Below are positions 1-10,833 of a DNA stretch of 64,000 bases, in pieces. The stretch comes from Fistulifera solaris (Eukaryota). The notes under the pieces are model-generated. The model was not told where the DNA came from and ran no database searches. It saw only the letters and a program-made list of their open reading frames with translations. The stretch's first letter is position 1; every line of letters starts with the position of its first letter. The DNA is taken from contig AP026151.1 of the NCBI GenBank assembly GCA_030295235.1, positions 372,001 to 436,000 on the forward strand. Reading direction: 5' to 3'. A program made the translations under genes and the position numbers.

Positions 1-489
1 GGCGGACCGCAAATCTTGTGACGCATCGGCCTTTTTCAAGTAATCCAAATTAAAGAGCGAGGCCCAATACGCCTTGGTCATGGCAAAGAACGTGATCGGA
101 TTCAACGAAGCTTTGAGAATATACGGAATGTGCAGCCAACTATTCTTCTTTTTTCTTCTTGGTGCTGGTTAGCTTCTTATTTACTTCTGTTTTGAGCGAG
201 GCCTTTTCGTTGCTTCGACTTTCGCTTTTGTTTTGGCGGTAGCGCTGACCGTCGCGGCGGCAAGTTTGGCCGTATCGACTATTTCTTCTTCCTCCTCGTC
301 ATCTTCCAATTCATTTTCCTCTTCTTCTTCTTCTTCTTCGGTCGTCAAGAGTGTTTCGTCCGATACAGTGGCACCTCCCCGGCCGACGGCAGTGATGAGC
401 GCCGGCGTTCGAATTTGAAAAGCATCAGCCTCGTGAGTCATCAGTGCCGCTAATAGGGCACTGATGGCAACGGCCCACAATCGCACCAT
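1..489 (-). CDS. Signal-peptide protein of unknown function, 3' end runs off the window
   Basis: Hydrophobic N-terminus MVRLWAVAISALLAALMTHEADA-F followed by an RGG motif and an acidic tract. Coding-like sequence continues in another frame to position 1 (…HIPYILKASLNPITFFAMTKAYWASLFNLDYL…), so an indel near 150-200 is likely. Confidence 0.6.
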
Positions 490-861
490 GGCCGTTATTG
501 AAGTTTCACAAATAATAATGGTTTGTTGTGTTGCAAAACGAGAGCCTGTGGGGAGTTTCGTTCGTCGTGTTGGTGGCGTCCGTTTGTCGTTGCGAAAATT
601 ACACGTGGTGTCTTTCCGGGGTCATGCAATTGAACTCGGGACCTAACAATCGTGACTCGTGCGACGACGCCAATCAGAAGTCGAAGCCAACAAGATCAAC
701 TAGAGATCGCATTGACTAGAATATAGTAATGAAAATGATCTCCTATTTATAGCATTGATCTAGAGAAGATACAGCAAAACGCAAGATGAATCATGCACTT
801 CTACTGGTATATAGTTTACTTTCATCAATGAGCAGCAGCACAACTCCAACATCCAGATTTT

Positions 862-3299
862 TTATGCGGCAGCGACAGTTTCTTCTGCCTCAACTTCTTC
901 CTTGTCCGTCCACATATCATACTCTTTGATGAGTTCTACCAAGGCTTCTACGGCTTGCTCGTTGGGAATGTTCTTTCGCACCACTTCCTTTCCGTAGTAC
1001 AAATCGACCTTTCCGGGTAAAGTTCCGACGTAACCAAAGTCCGCATCCGCCATTTCTCCGGGTCCATTGACAATGCATCCCATGACCGCAATTGTGACAC
1101 CGGGCAAGTGTCCGGTAGCCTCCTGGATGCTGGCGGTCGTTTCCTGCAAGTCAAATAGCGTTCGACCACAGGATGGGCACGAGACGAATTCAGTCTTTGT
1201 GTTCCTCATACGACTTCCTTGCAACAGAGAGAACGAAGTGGTTCGGAGGAAATCGACAGAAAATGGGGATGACGATCCAGTGTGATCAATCATCACACCG
1301 TCTCCATTACCATCCGTGAGCAGTGATCCTACTTTGGTACCAAGTTGGAGCGCTAGCTCGTTCGAGTCGCTGGTATCGGTCTTGAACTGGTGAATCACCG
1401 CGACATTGATTTCCTCTTTCTTCAGAATCTCGAAGACGCGACGAGAGGCATGGAGAGAAGATAGCTCCTCCTTGATATTGAGAAGAGCCATGACAGGATT
1501 TAACTCTTTCATCTTGGCCAAAGATTCCTCGCTCTCATCTCCTCTGATGGTCACTGCAAGTCGAATGGCACCGGCGGGTAGCTGGAGCAACATCAAAGAC
1601 CGTTAGCCGACGAAACAGAGTAATGCAGTCATTCAAAAACCCTTACCTTTCCACCGCAAGCAATGGCGTCCTCCAGATCCATCAAAGCCACAGCATTCGG
1701 AAGAGGGTCTTTCTCGAGCTCTTCCGCAGGAACTATCACTCCCATGCTAACTTCGATCAGGCGACGAATGCCTGTACGGGCAACAGTATCCGACGAGGGC
1801 GGAACCTTTCGCAGCAAGATGGAATCGGTCGTGGCAATGTCTTTGAAGGGCATACCGACTGCCGTTTTGCAGCCCAACTCCTTGTAAAGATATTGAACAT
1901 TCTCTTTGCTAAACATTTCAGGGCCAACCACACTCAAGACCGAGCCATCACGATGCAAAAATCCTCGAACATCCACAGCATCACCTTCCTGTTGGGCCGG
2001 CAAGTCGCCCTGGCGGCGCTTGAAACTCGTAATATCGCGTGTGTCGACATATTTCTTTACAGCAGCCTGTCGCTTTGCCGAATCCTCGTTCGTAGCGGCC
2101 AATCGAGACTCGGCGATTTCGGCCAATCGGTTGCAGGGCTCGTATTCAAACTCGGGGTCTTCCGTCAGCGAAACGCGCACCGTATCTCCCAAACCATCGG
2201 CCAAAGAGTACCGATACCAATGGCCGATTTCATTCGTCCATCTTCTCCTTCACCGGCCTCGGTAACTCCCAAATGCAGAGGATAATCCCATCCCAAGCGG
2301 TACATTTCGGCGGCCAACAAACGGTACGACTGCACCATCACCAAAGGATTACTGGCCTTCATACTAAAGACAAAGTTGTGGTAATCCAGACTGCGGCAAA
2401 TATCGGCGAATTCAATGGCCGATTCGACCATACCCCGCGGCGTGTCACCGTAGAACGACAAAACCCGGGAGGACAGCGACCCGTGGTTGGTCCCAATGCG
2501 CATGCACCGATTCAAATCTTTGCATTTTTCTACCAAAGGCTGCAAGGCTTCCACCAAATAACCACGCTCGCTGAAGAAATCTTCTTCCGTTTCGTAGACC
2601 TTTTCTTCAAAATCTTTGCGTCCATCGGCAAAGTTCCCCGGATTGATGCGAATCTTTTCCACGGCTTCGGCGACCATGAGTGCCACGACGGGCTGGAAGT
2701 GCATATCCGCACAGAGAGGAATATCGTATCCCTTTTTGTTGAGACCTTCACGAATCGCCAAACACGCCTTGGCTTCGCGTTTTCCTTGCACCGTGACACG
2801 GACCAAATCGAACCCTTTGTCGGCACAGCGCATCACTTGTTCAATGGTCGCATCGACATCGGCGGTATTGGTGGTCGCCATGGTTTGTCGGACGATGGGA
2901 TGATCGGAACCGAAACTGATGGGACCGCACGACACGGAACGTGTCTTGCGGCGGGAAACGGTGTACAAATCTTCGCAATATTGACCGAGAGGGCCGAACT
3001 GTTCGTCGCGAGCGCCGGTTTTGTGCGATGGAGTCCACAATATATCCTTCGGAGTCAAAATCGTGGACTGAATAGAAGCGAAGGAATCATGCGAGTGTTA
3101 GAGACAGAAAAGTGTTCAAAAGAGCATTCAATTAATAGGAAACAAGAGATTCATTCGTTCTGTTAGCACAGAAAATTGCGCCTCAACCTACCATTTGCAG
3201 CTGCGTAGAAGAGCCAAACGCCTTCGGCTTGGCCGTAAAGGCCGAAGCAACATCATTGCTGACTAAGAAAGCAAACAGAGTATACGATAGCTTCACCAT
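862..3299 (-). CDS. ispG: 4-hydroxy-3-methylbut-2-enyl diphosphate synthase (IspG/HDS), plastid-targeted, MEP pathway
   Basis: Presequence MVKLSYTLFAFLVSNDVASA-FTAK. Motifs ADMHF, KIRINPGN, RIGTNHGSLS, YPLHLGVTEAG, DGLGDTVRVSLTEDP, SCPSCGRT, IAVMGCIVNGPGE. GT-AG introns at 3068-3191 and 1582-1646. One frameshift near 2205. Confidence 0.97.
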
Positions 3300-3571
3300 G
3301 GTTAATTATTTGCGAAAATATCGCCATTCCAAGCAAATGCCTCGTGCTGGGCAAGAGCGGTTGAAGTTCGACGCCGTTTCACATCATTTTCAGCCGACGC
3401 ACGAGGAGTCGACCTACGAAGGACGGACGACACTTAGTCACTGTCGTCGTAAAGTAGGAAACCCCAACGAAGTTGTGACGTGTGCATCGAAAATGAAAGG
3501 TATACTATTGAACGCTAACCTTACTAGACTATGTCTGATACGGAGTAAAAAGTTTGGAGTATCTAGGAAAG

Positions 3572-3640
3572 GACGCTAAAATTCTGCCTCTCAGTACAAG
3601 TTTCTACGTAGAGCCTACGGCGAGGTAGAATTTTAACGTC
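3572..3640. repeat. Short dispersed hairpin repeat, copy 1 (MITE-like)
   Basis: 19-bp imperfect inverted arms GACGCTAAAATTCTGCCTC / GAGGTAGAATTTTAACGTC with an internal CGTAG-AGC-CTACG hairpin. A similar copy is at 49089-49155. Confidence 0.7.
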
Positions 3641-3698
3641 GTTTCTAGTTAAGGACGTATATCTAGTACCGGTAGCTACTTTTTCTTTAACAACTCAA

Positions 3699-5975
3699 TT
3701 ACTCTCCCATGACCGTAAACCCAGCTTTGCGATGAATGTGCCCCATATCCGATTGAAAACTGAGCGGGATCATGAAATCTTTCTTCTTATCGTCGGGCTC
3801 GGTCTCTTCGTCCGTCGGATCACCGTTTTCCATGTCAATCCCGTCGGGTATGACCATAATTCGGCCCATTTTCATAGTCCCTTGACCATCAATCAAGTCT
3901 TCGCGAAAGCGTCCTTCGTAGACAGCACCATTGGTAAACGTGATGGTTCCGCGTCCTTCGCGACGACCGTTACTGAACAATCCATTGTAGGCTTGACCAC
4001 CGGGATAGACCGCAGAGCCACGTCCATCCATGGCATTGTTGACCCAACTGCCATCGTAGGTAAATCCATCCGAGGAACGTAGCACTCCAAGACCGTGCCT
4101 CTTTCCGTCCTTCCATTCGCCATCGTATACCGATCCGTCGGGCCAAGTGAAGGTTCCGCGCCCACAAAATTGATTGTCACGAAACTGACCACTGTACACC
4201 GATCCATCGGGTAAGTGATAAGTGCCAGTACCATGTCGCAGCATTTCTTTGAACTCTCCTTCGTAACGACTGACTTTGTCGGGAGCGGATGTCGACGACA
4301 CCGTCTTCTTGTGGGTATTCTTGCGAGTCTGATAGTAGTAGTAAATACCCGCTCCATGGATCTTTCCGTACGTAAAGTCTCCCTTGTAAATGATGCGCTT
4401 CCGGTCCGACGACAGGATGGTACCAGCTCCGTGTTCCTTGTCTTGGTACCATTCGCCTTCGTACAAAAATCCATTTGTGTACAAACAAACGCCCCGGCCG
4501 TGTCTTTGCGAATTCAACATTTCACCTTCGTAAATGACATACTTCGCAGGAGGTGTCTTGTTCGTACCGTCCTCGGAGGGTGGCTGCGGTTTTTGATAAT
4601 ACAAGTAATGCGCCGCCCTCCATCGAGCCGCTGCCGCATCGCCGGCGGAAGGTAACTTGACAGTCGTAGTTCCGTTGACGTTGCTGCTGTTCTTGGTCGC
4701 CAAATTCCGATTGCGACTGGCGGAATGACTCGATGGAGTTCGTTTGAGGGAAAAAGACTTGGAAGGACCTGTTTTCAAAGCCACGGGCGTAATGGCGGAA
4801 GCGACCGAGTCGGTCATGGCGACCAATGGCATGGGAGGCGCTTCAATGTCATCCACTACTTTTTTCTGCAACGATGGTGACAGTGTACTGCTGCGCCGAC
4901 GTCGCTGCTGTGGCTCGTCGTCGTGTTCAGCTCGTTTTTTCCACGACAATTGACGCTTTCGTGTCGGACGCTCCATCGATTCCTCAAAAGTCGCCGATTG
5001 TCGTCGTTTCCGAGACCGAATTTGCTTCTGCGGCAAGGGTAATAGAGCCGCTGGCAATGCATAATACCCGTCTCTCTCTCCAAGGATCCAATGAGTTCAA
5101 AAGTGCCGTATTGATTCTCTCCGGTTCCACGAACCAGGATATGTCCAACAGGAAGTAGACCACCGTTAACAGTCTCTTTTGTTTTCGCCGCGACCATCAT
5201 CATGTCTTTCTGGAAAACACGCCCTGGCATTCGCTGCGGGCGTGGCATTCAAACAAATGCAGAACTTTTCCGGAACCGGCAGAGCTTGTGGTTTCTTTCG
5301 TCCGACGGTCGTTTCGAAATATCCCTGCCAAGCACCCGAAGGAGGACATTCGTTGGAATATTTCGTGCCGGCGTCGGTGAACTCGGGATCGTCCGGCTTC
5401 ACCTTGTCAGCAAATGTGCGTCTTCGGGGAGTTGCCAGTGTTGTTTCGTCGAGCGATCCTACTTTTTCGGAAGTCGTTTCTTGCTGATGTGAAGCAGGTG
5501 TACCTGATTTCGAGATTTCCACGGCATCATTTGACAGCTGATTATTGGGAGGGTCAGTGATGGATTCTTCGACTTTCAAGTTTTCAGCCGGGCCATCATC
5601 ATTGTTCTGTTTCTCTTCTTCTTTATTTTCTGAATTATCCTTTGCTTCTTCTTTATGTTTCGTATTCATTTCGTCGTTTGTTGACTGGTTCGCTTCCGGC
5701 AAAGTAGTATTGACCGTATTCGTATTGCTGTCCATTTCGTCGTTGATTGCCACTTCATTCTTTGTTGACTTGGGAGTTTCTTCTTCTCTATCGTAGTCGA
5801 TTCCTCGTTCGAGTGGTATTTCTATTTCGTGCGGTGATACCGGACGTTCCCACGTATACGCAAAGGGCATGGAGGCGATTTTGGCGCTATCCACGAATTC
5901 CGCTCCAAAACACCATCGACCTTTCCACGTCCAAACACTCCCATCTTTTTCTATTTTACCCTTTAAAGCAATCAT
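3699..5975 (-). CDS. MORN-repeat protein with long low-complexity N-terminal region
   Basis: Multiple YEGEW/F…HGxG…GxxY MORN repeats in the C-terminal ORF (3699-5057). Upstream ORFs join through apparent frameshifts near 5050 and 5170. Likely start MIALKGKIEK at 5975. Confidence 0.85.
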
Positions 5976-6244
5976 TTTCGTATTAAGTAACAAAAACGAA
6001 AGCGTCAAAATACAGAATGATAGAGGAAACAGAAACAAAATAGAGAAGGCAGTTTGCAATCTGCTTTTGTTGTGCTTGCAGTAATCGCGGTGGAGGGAAA
6101 TTTGGACGGCGGCCGACTGTCTCACGACTGAAAAGCAAGTCACGAAAACATCCACCAATAAGCAAGGCGGAAAAGTTAAGGTTAAGGACATGAGAAAGAA
6201 TCACTCCGGAGTACAGTAAGGCTTACAGTACAAGTATTTATGAA

Positions 6245-8215
6245 AGAATTCTGGAATCAGTGTCTGACAACATAGAGTTAACAGAGATTCTGTATGGATT
6301 TTAGAAATTGTTTGCGGTCAAACAAAGATTCTGTGGTCGATCCAGAAATTCTGGAATCGGTAATTTTGATCAAACATAGATTCTGTGGTCGTTCCAGAAA
6401 TTCTGGACTGTTTGTTTTGACTAATACAGAGATTCTGTGGTCGTTCCAGAAATTCTGGAATCGGGAATTTGGGCTGGTCGTTCCAGAAATAATTCAGGAA
6501 TTGTTGTTTTGGGTCAAACAGAGATTCCGTGGTCGTTCCAGAAATTCTGGAATCGGTGATTTGGATCGAACAGAAATTCTTTTGTCATTCCAGAAATTCT
6601 GGAAAGTGTGTTTTGGATCTAACAGACATCAAATTTGGGAAATGTTGTATTGGGTCAAATAGAGATTCTGTGGCTATTCCAGAAATTCTGGAATCGGGGC
6701 TTTGGGTCAAACCGAGATTCTGTGGTCGAATCAAGATGATAGAATCTATACTTTGGAACAAACAGAGATGCGGTGGTTGTTCCAGAAATTCTGGAATGGG
6801 TGTTTTGGGTCGACCAGAGATTCCGTGTGTTTCGGAGCAAACAGAGATTCCGTGGTCGTTCCGGAAATTCTGGAAGCGAAGCTTTGGGTCAAACAGCGAT
6901 TCTGTGGTCGTTCCGGAAATTCAGGAATCGGTGATATGGATCAAACAGAGATTCTGTATTCGTTCAGGATATTCGGGAATGGTTGTATTGGGTCATACGA
7001 AAGTCTGTGGTCGTTTCAGAAAATCTGGAATATGTTTTTTTGGTACAAACAGAGATTTGGTAGTCGTTCCAGAAATTCTGGAATCGGTAGTTTGGGTCGC
7101 ATAGAGACTATGTTGTCGTTCCAGAAATTCTGGAAGTGAGTCGAACAGAGATTCTGTGGTCGCTCAACAAATTTTGGAAGTGGTGGTTTGGATCAAACAG
7201 AGGTTCTTTAGTCCTTCCAGGTATTCCGTAATCAGTGTTTTGGATCATACATAAATTCTGTGCCCGTTTCAGATATTCTGGAATGGTTGTATTGGGTCAT
7301 ACGAAAGTCTGTGGTCGTTTCAGAAAATCTGGAATATATTTTTTGGCACAAAGAGAGATTCGGAAGTCGTTCCAGAAATTCTGGAATCGGTAATTTTGGT
7401 CGCATAGCGACTCTGTGGGTTCTCCAGAATTTCTGGAATTTGTAATTTGGGTCAAACAGAGATTCTGTGGTCGTTCCAGAGATTCTGGAATTGGTAATTT
7501 AGGTCAAACAGAGATTCTTTGGTGATTCCAGTTATTCAAATTTGGGTCAAACAGAGACTCTGTGGTAGTTCCAGAAATTCTGGAATCGGTAACTTGGGTC
7601 AAACAGAGATTCTGTGGTCGTTTCAGAAATTCTGGAATCGGAAATTCGGGTAGAAAAGAGATTCTGCGATCTTTCGAAAAAATTCTGGAAGTGGTGACAT
7701 GGATCAAACAGAGATTCGCTAGTCGTTCCAGATATTCTAAAATATCCATTTTGGCACAAACAGAGATTCGGTGGTCGTTCCAGAAATTCTGGAATCTGTA
7801 ATTTGGGTCAAACAGAGACTCTGTGGCTATTCCAGAAATTCTGGAATCGGTACTTTGGGTCGCATAGAGACTCTCTGGGCTCTCCAGAAATTCTGGAATT
7901 TGTATTTTGGGTCAATCAGAGAACCAGAGATTCTGGAATCGGTAATTTAGGTCGCGTAGAGACTCTATGGTAGTTCCAGAAATTCTGGAATTAGTAATTT
8001 AGGTCAAACAGAGATTCTGTGGTAGTTCCAGAAATTCTGGAATCGGCAATATTTGGGTCAAACAGAGATTCTTTGGTAGTTCCAGAAATTCTGGAATCGG
8101 TAATTTGGGTCAAACAGAGATTCTGTGGTAGTTCCAGAAATTCTGGAATCGGTAATTTGGGTCAAAAGAGATTCTGTCAAACAGAGATTCTGTGGTCGTT
8201 CTAGAAATTCTGGAC
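6245..8215. repeat. Tandem satellite/minisatellite, 52-bp unit, roughly 35-38 degenerate copies
   Basis: Consensus CAGAGATTCTGTGGT(C/A)GTTCCAGAAATTCTGGAATCGGTAATTTGGGTCAAA; consecutive unit starts at 8063 and 8115 give the 52-bp period. Core palindrome TTCCAGAA-A-TTCTGGAA. Confidence 0.95.
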
Positions 8216-8953
8216 TCGTACAGAGTAGTGAACATCTAAGCTTGTCGTAATAGACCACTTGTTCAGAAACAGTCCAGCAATAATTGAATTTCCAAGTTTT
8301 ATCTACAACCTTGTTCTAAAAGGCTTGATTCGTGAACAATGAACACCACTTGTTCATAGAGAGGTGTTACCAGTTTCCATCACAAATATATAATTTCACG
8401 GGACACAATTTTGGTGGATCAAGTCACCCTTTAACAACGGATATTTATTCGCCAAAATTGGCTAGAGGAGTAAGGCTTTTTTTGTAGGAACAAACGGTCA
8501 AGAAGTCGGCCGTCAATTTGACCTCCAACGGTATAAATAAGCCACTTTATTAGTAATACTAAATGCCTTCTTCCGACAAAAATACACAATTTTTCATTCT
8601 TTGTACATCATTGATATTTTGAAATTTTCTCAGCTATAAGCTACAGTAGTACTATCAATGACCTGTAGCGAGAAATTTAACATTCATTCGACCATAGTAA
8701 AGTCCAAAAAAACCATGGATTCTCAAAAATCCTACCCCCACACCCCCTTGTCACGGCGAAAGTAAAACTTTTCGGATTCCTCAGAATTCGTGAGATAAAA
8801 TTATTAACAAGAGAAGAAATAAAAAAAAGACTAGAGTTGTGCTACAAAGCTTTATATTATTGGGTAAGGTGCTCTCGAGAAGTATCGAACAATTGAAAAT
8901 AAAACATGAAACATGGATTACTATGTAATGTAGATTATATTGATTGTATATGT

Positions 8954-10354
8954 TTAGATAAAAGGAACAAAAGCGTCGTCAGCTTCGTCGGCGGCATTGT
9001 CTAAGCCGGCAAAGAAATCAACCGTGCGCTTCAATGCAGCAATTAATGCATCAATATCTTCCTTGGTATTGTAGAAATAGCAACTCGCTCGTGCCGAATG
9101 AGGAATTCCGAGTTCCGCATGCAACGGCTGACAGCAGTGATGTCCGGCCCGCACGGCGATGCCATCCATATCCAAGAAAGTGCTCAGATCGCTGGGATGA
9201 ATCGATTCGTGATAAAAGGCACACAAGGCCGCCCGCTTCTTCGGATCCTTCGGTCCCAACAAAGTCAGCCCGGGAACTGTTTGGAGCTGTTCATACAGAT
9301 ATTCCGCGAGTTCGTGTTCGTACTCTTCAATGTCTTTCATACCAATTTTCTCCAAGTAGTCAATGGCCGCACCCAAACCAATGGCCTGAGCAATGGCGGG
9401 TGTACCGGCTTCAAATCGACCGGGCGCCGCTTGGAAGGTCACGGATTCCAACGTCACTTGATCGATCATTTCACCGCCACTTTTCCAAGGTGGCATTTCG
9501 TTCAACAATTGTTCCTTGCCCCAGAGAAACCCGATCCCCGTCGGACCGCACATTTTGTGCCCCGATGCTGCCAAAAAGTCCACTCCAAGATCCTGAACAT
9601 CGACCACCATGTGCGGTAAGGATTGACAAGCGTCCAGTACAATGGCGGCATGCGGGGCATGGCGGCGGACTTTCTGAACAATCTCTTTGACGGGATTGAT
9701 GCACGCCAACACATTCGACACGTGCTGAAAGGCCACAATCTTGGTCCTTTCGTTCAAGTATCCTTCCAATTCGTTGACATTGATTCCTCCCGTTTCGGGA
9801 TCTAAATGAACAAATTTCAGGTTCAAATTCTTTTCCTGTGCCAAGAGCTGCCACGGCACAAAATTGGCGTGATGTTCGGCGACCGTCAACACGATTTCAT
9901 CACCAGCTGCCAAGTTGGCACGTCCGTAACTGTGCGCCACCAAATTGATGGCTTCCGTGGCACCCGATGTAAACACAATTTCATTGCGACTGTATGCGTT
10001 CACAAAATGGGCAACTTTGTCACGCGCGGCTTCGTACGCCGACGTCGCTTCTCGACTGAGCGTATGCGCACCCCGATGCACGTTACTGTTGGTGCGTTCG
10101 TAGTAGCTTTGCAGGACGTCCAAGACGTCTTGGGGCTTTTGGGAAGTGGCGCCGGAATCTAAATAGATGACGGGGGTCTCTTGATCCGTAATGGTGCGTT
10201 TCAGGATGGGAAAATCACCCCTTGTTCGCTCTCCCATGGACGCGGTGGCCGTCGATGCGGCACGTGCGCTGTTGCGCAGCGTTATTTCATTTCGAACCGT
10301 GAAGGCATGACCGCCAGAAACAATGCAGAGGAATAGAAATGGCTGGAAGAACAT
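8954..10354 (-). CDS. sufS: SufS-type (group II) cysteine desulfurase, plastid-targeted
   Basis: Start MFFQPFLFLCIVSGGHA-FTVR. Motifs YLDSGATSQKP, NVHRGAH, EHHAN, SGHKMCGPTGIG (PLP lysine), FEAGTP, RAGHHC (catalytic Cys). Intact intronless ORF. Confidence 0.96.
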   Translation of the reverse strand: MFFQPFLFLCIVSGGHAFTVRNEITLRNSARAASTATASMGERTRGDFPILKRTITDQETPVIYLDSGATSQKPQDVLDVLQSYYERTNSNVHRGAHTLSREATSAYEAARDKVAHFVNAYSRNEIVFTSGATEAINLVAHSYGRANLAAGDEIVLTVAEHHANFVPWQLLAQEKNLNLKFVHLDPETGGINVNELEGYLNERTKIVAFQHVSNVLACINPVKEIVQKVRRHAPHAAIVLDACQSLPHMVVDVQDLGVDFLAASGHKMCGPTGIGFLWGKEQLLNEMPPWKSGGEMIDQVTLESVTFQAAPGRFEAGTPAIAQAIGLGAAIDYLEKIGMKDIEEYEHELAEYLYEQLQTVPGLTLLGPKDPKKRAALCAFYHESIHPSDLSTFLDMDGIAVRAGHHCCQPLHAELGIPHSARASCYFYNTKEDIDALIAALKRTVDFFAGLDNAADEADDAFVPFI

Positions 10355-10551
10355 TATGAGGTTGGCGGTCGAAGAAGCAGAACAAAATGTCGACGAGTTC
10401 AATTTTTTATAAGTAGTTGCTGCGTTCCTGAAAGATACAATTTTTTGAATTTGAATCTTCTTTCTTCTTCTCTCTGTGGAGGTATTTTGCTTGGTGAATG
10501 GAATCACTTGACAAAAGCCCTTCGTCGCTCGACTAAAACTAACATCATTAA

Positions 10552-10716
10552 TATTGATATTGCCCCTCACCGGTGCGACACCAATCAGTGACGCGCCCGA
10601 GGCAATGACACAAAGCCCTCGAATCCAGGACCACTCATCACTCGCAACCAAGTAAACATACCTCATAAATTCGTATAACACTTTTGTTGTCGACTGTGCT
10701 GTTGTAGAGATCAACA
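10552..10716 (+). repeat. 5' LTR (165 bp)
   Basis: TATTGAT…ATCAACA; identical to the 3' LTR except one extra C in a C-run (AAAGCCCTC vs AAAGCCTC). Confidence 0.97.
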
Positions 10717-10728
10717 GTTATACGAATT
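10717..10728 (+). other. Primer-binding-site position of the retrotransposon, complementary to LTR nt 10668-10679 (candidate self-priming PBS)
   Basis: GTTATACGAATT follows the LTR terminal CA with no spacer, lacks the TGG expected for tRNA-CCA priming, and is the exact reverse complement of AATTCGTATAAC inside the LTR. Confidence 0.8.
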
Positions 10729-10833
10729 CCCGTTGTTCCTTTGCACTGTTCGTGCTTTTCCTTCTCTAGCCGTCGCTAGCCTTCCCTGCCTTCTAGCTTC
10801 TTATCCCGCACCGTCGTGCGCCCGGTCATCATC

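Noticed and set aside
2273..3166. Long antisense ORFs (here, and at 22424-23041, 24390-25139, 9034-9690)
   Set aside because: Shadows of real genes on the opposite strand, with no recognisable motifs.
6245..8215. CRISPR array (palindromic repeat with regular spacing)
   Set aside because: The sequences between palindromes are homologous to each other rather than unique spacers, there are no cas genes, and the context is a eukaryotic nuclear genome.
6294..8258. ORFs with repeated VVPEILES / FQKFWN peptides
   Set aside because: Translations of the 52-bp satellite; the period is not a multiple of 3 and the same peptides appear in all frames.
862..10354. Functional clustering of ispG (4Fe-4S client) with sufS
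   Set aside because: They are separated by an unrelated gene and a satellite, and plastid-targeted genes are common in this window, so proximity is uninformative.
10355..10714. 120-aa N-terminal extension of SufS in the ORF track
   Set aside because: It runs through the LTR and promoter from a non-ATG start; the ATG at 10354 gives a proper signal peptide plus AF motif.
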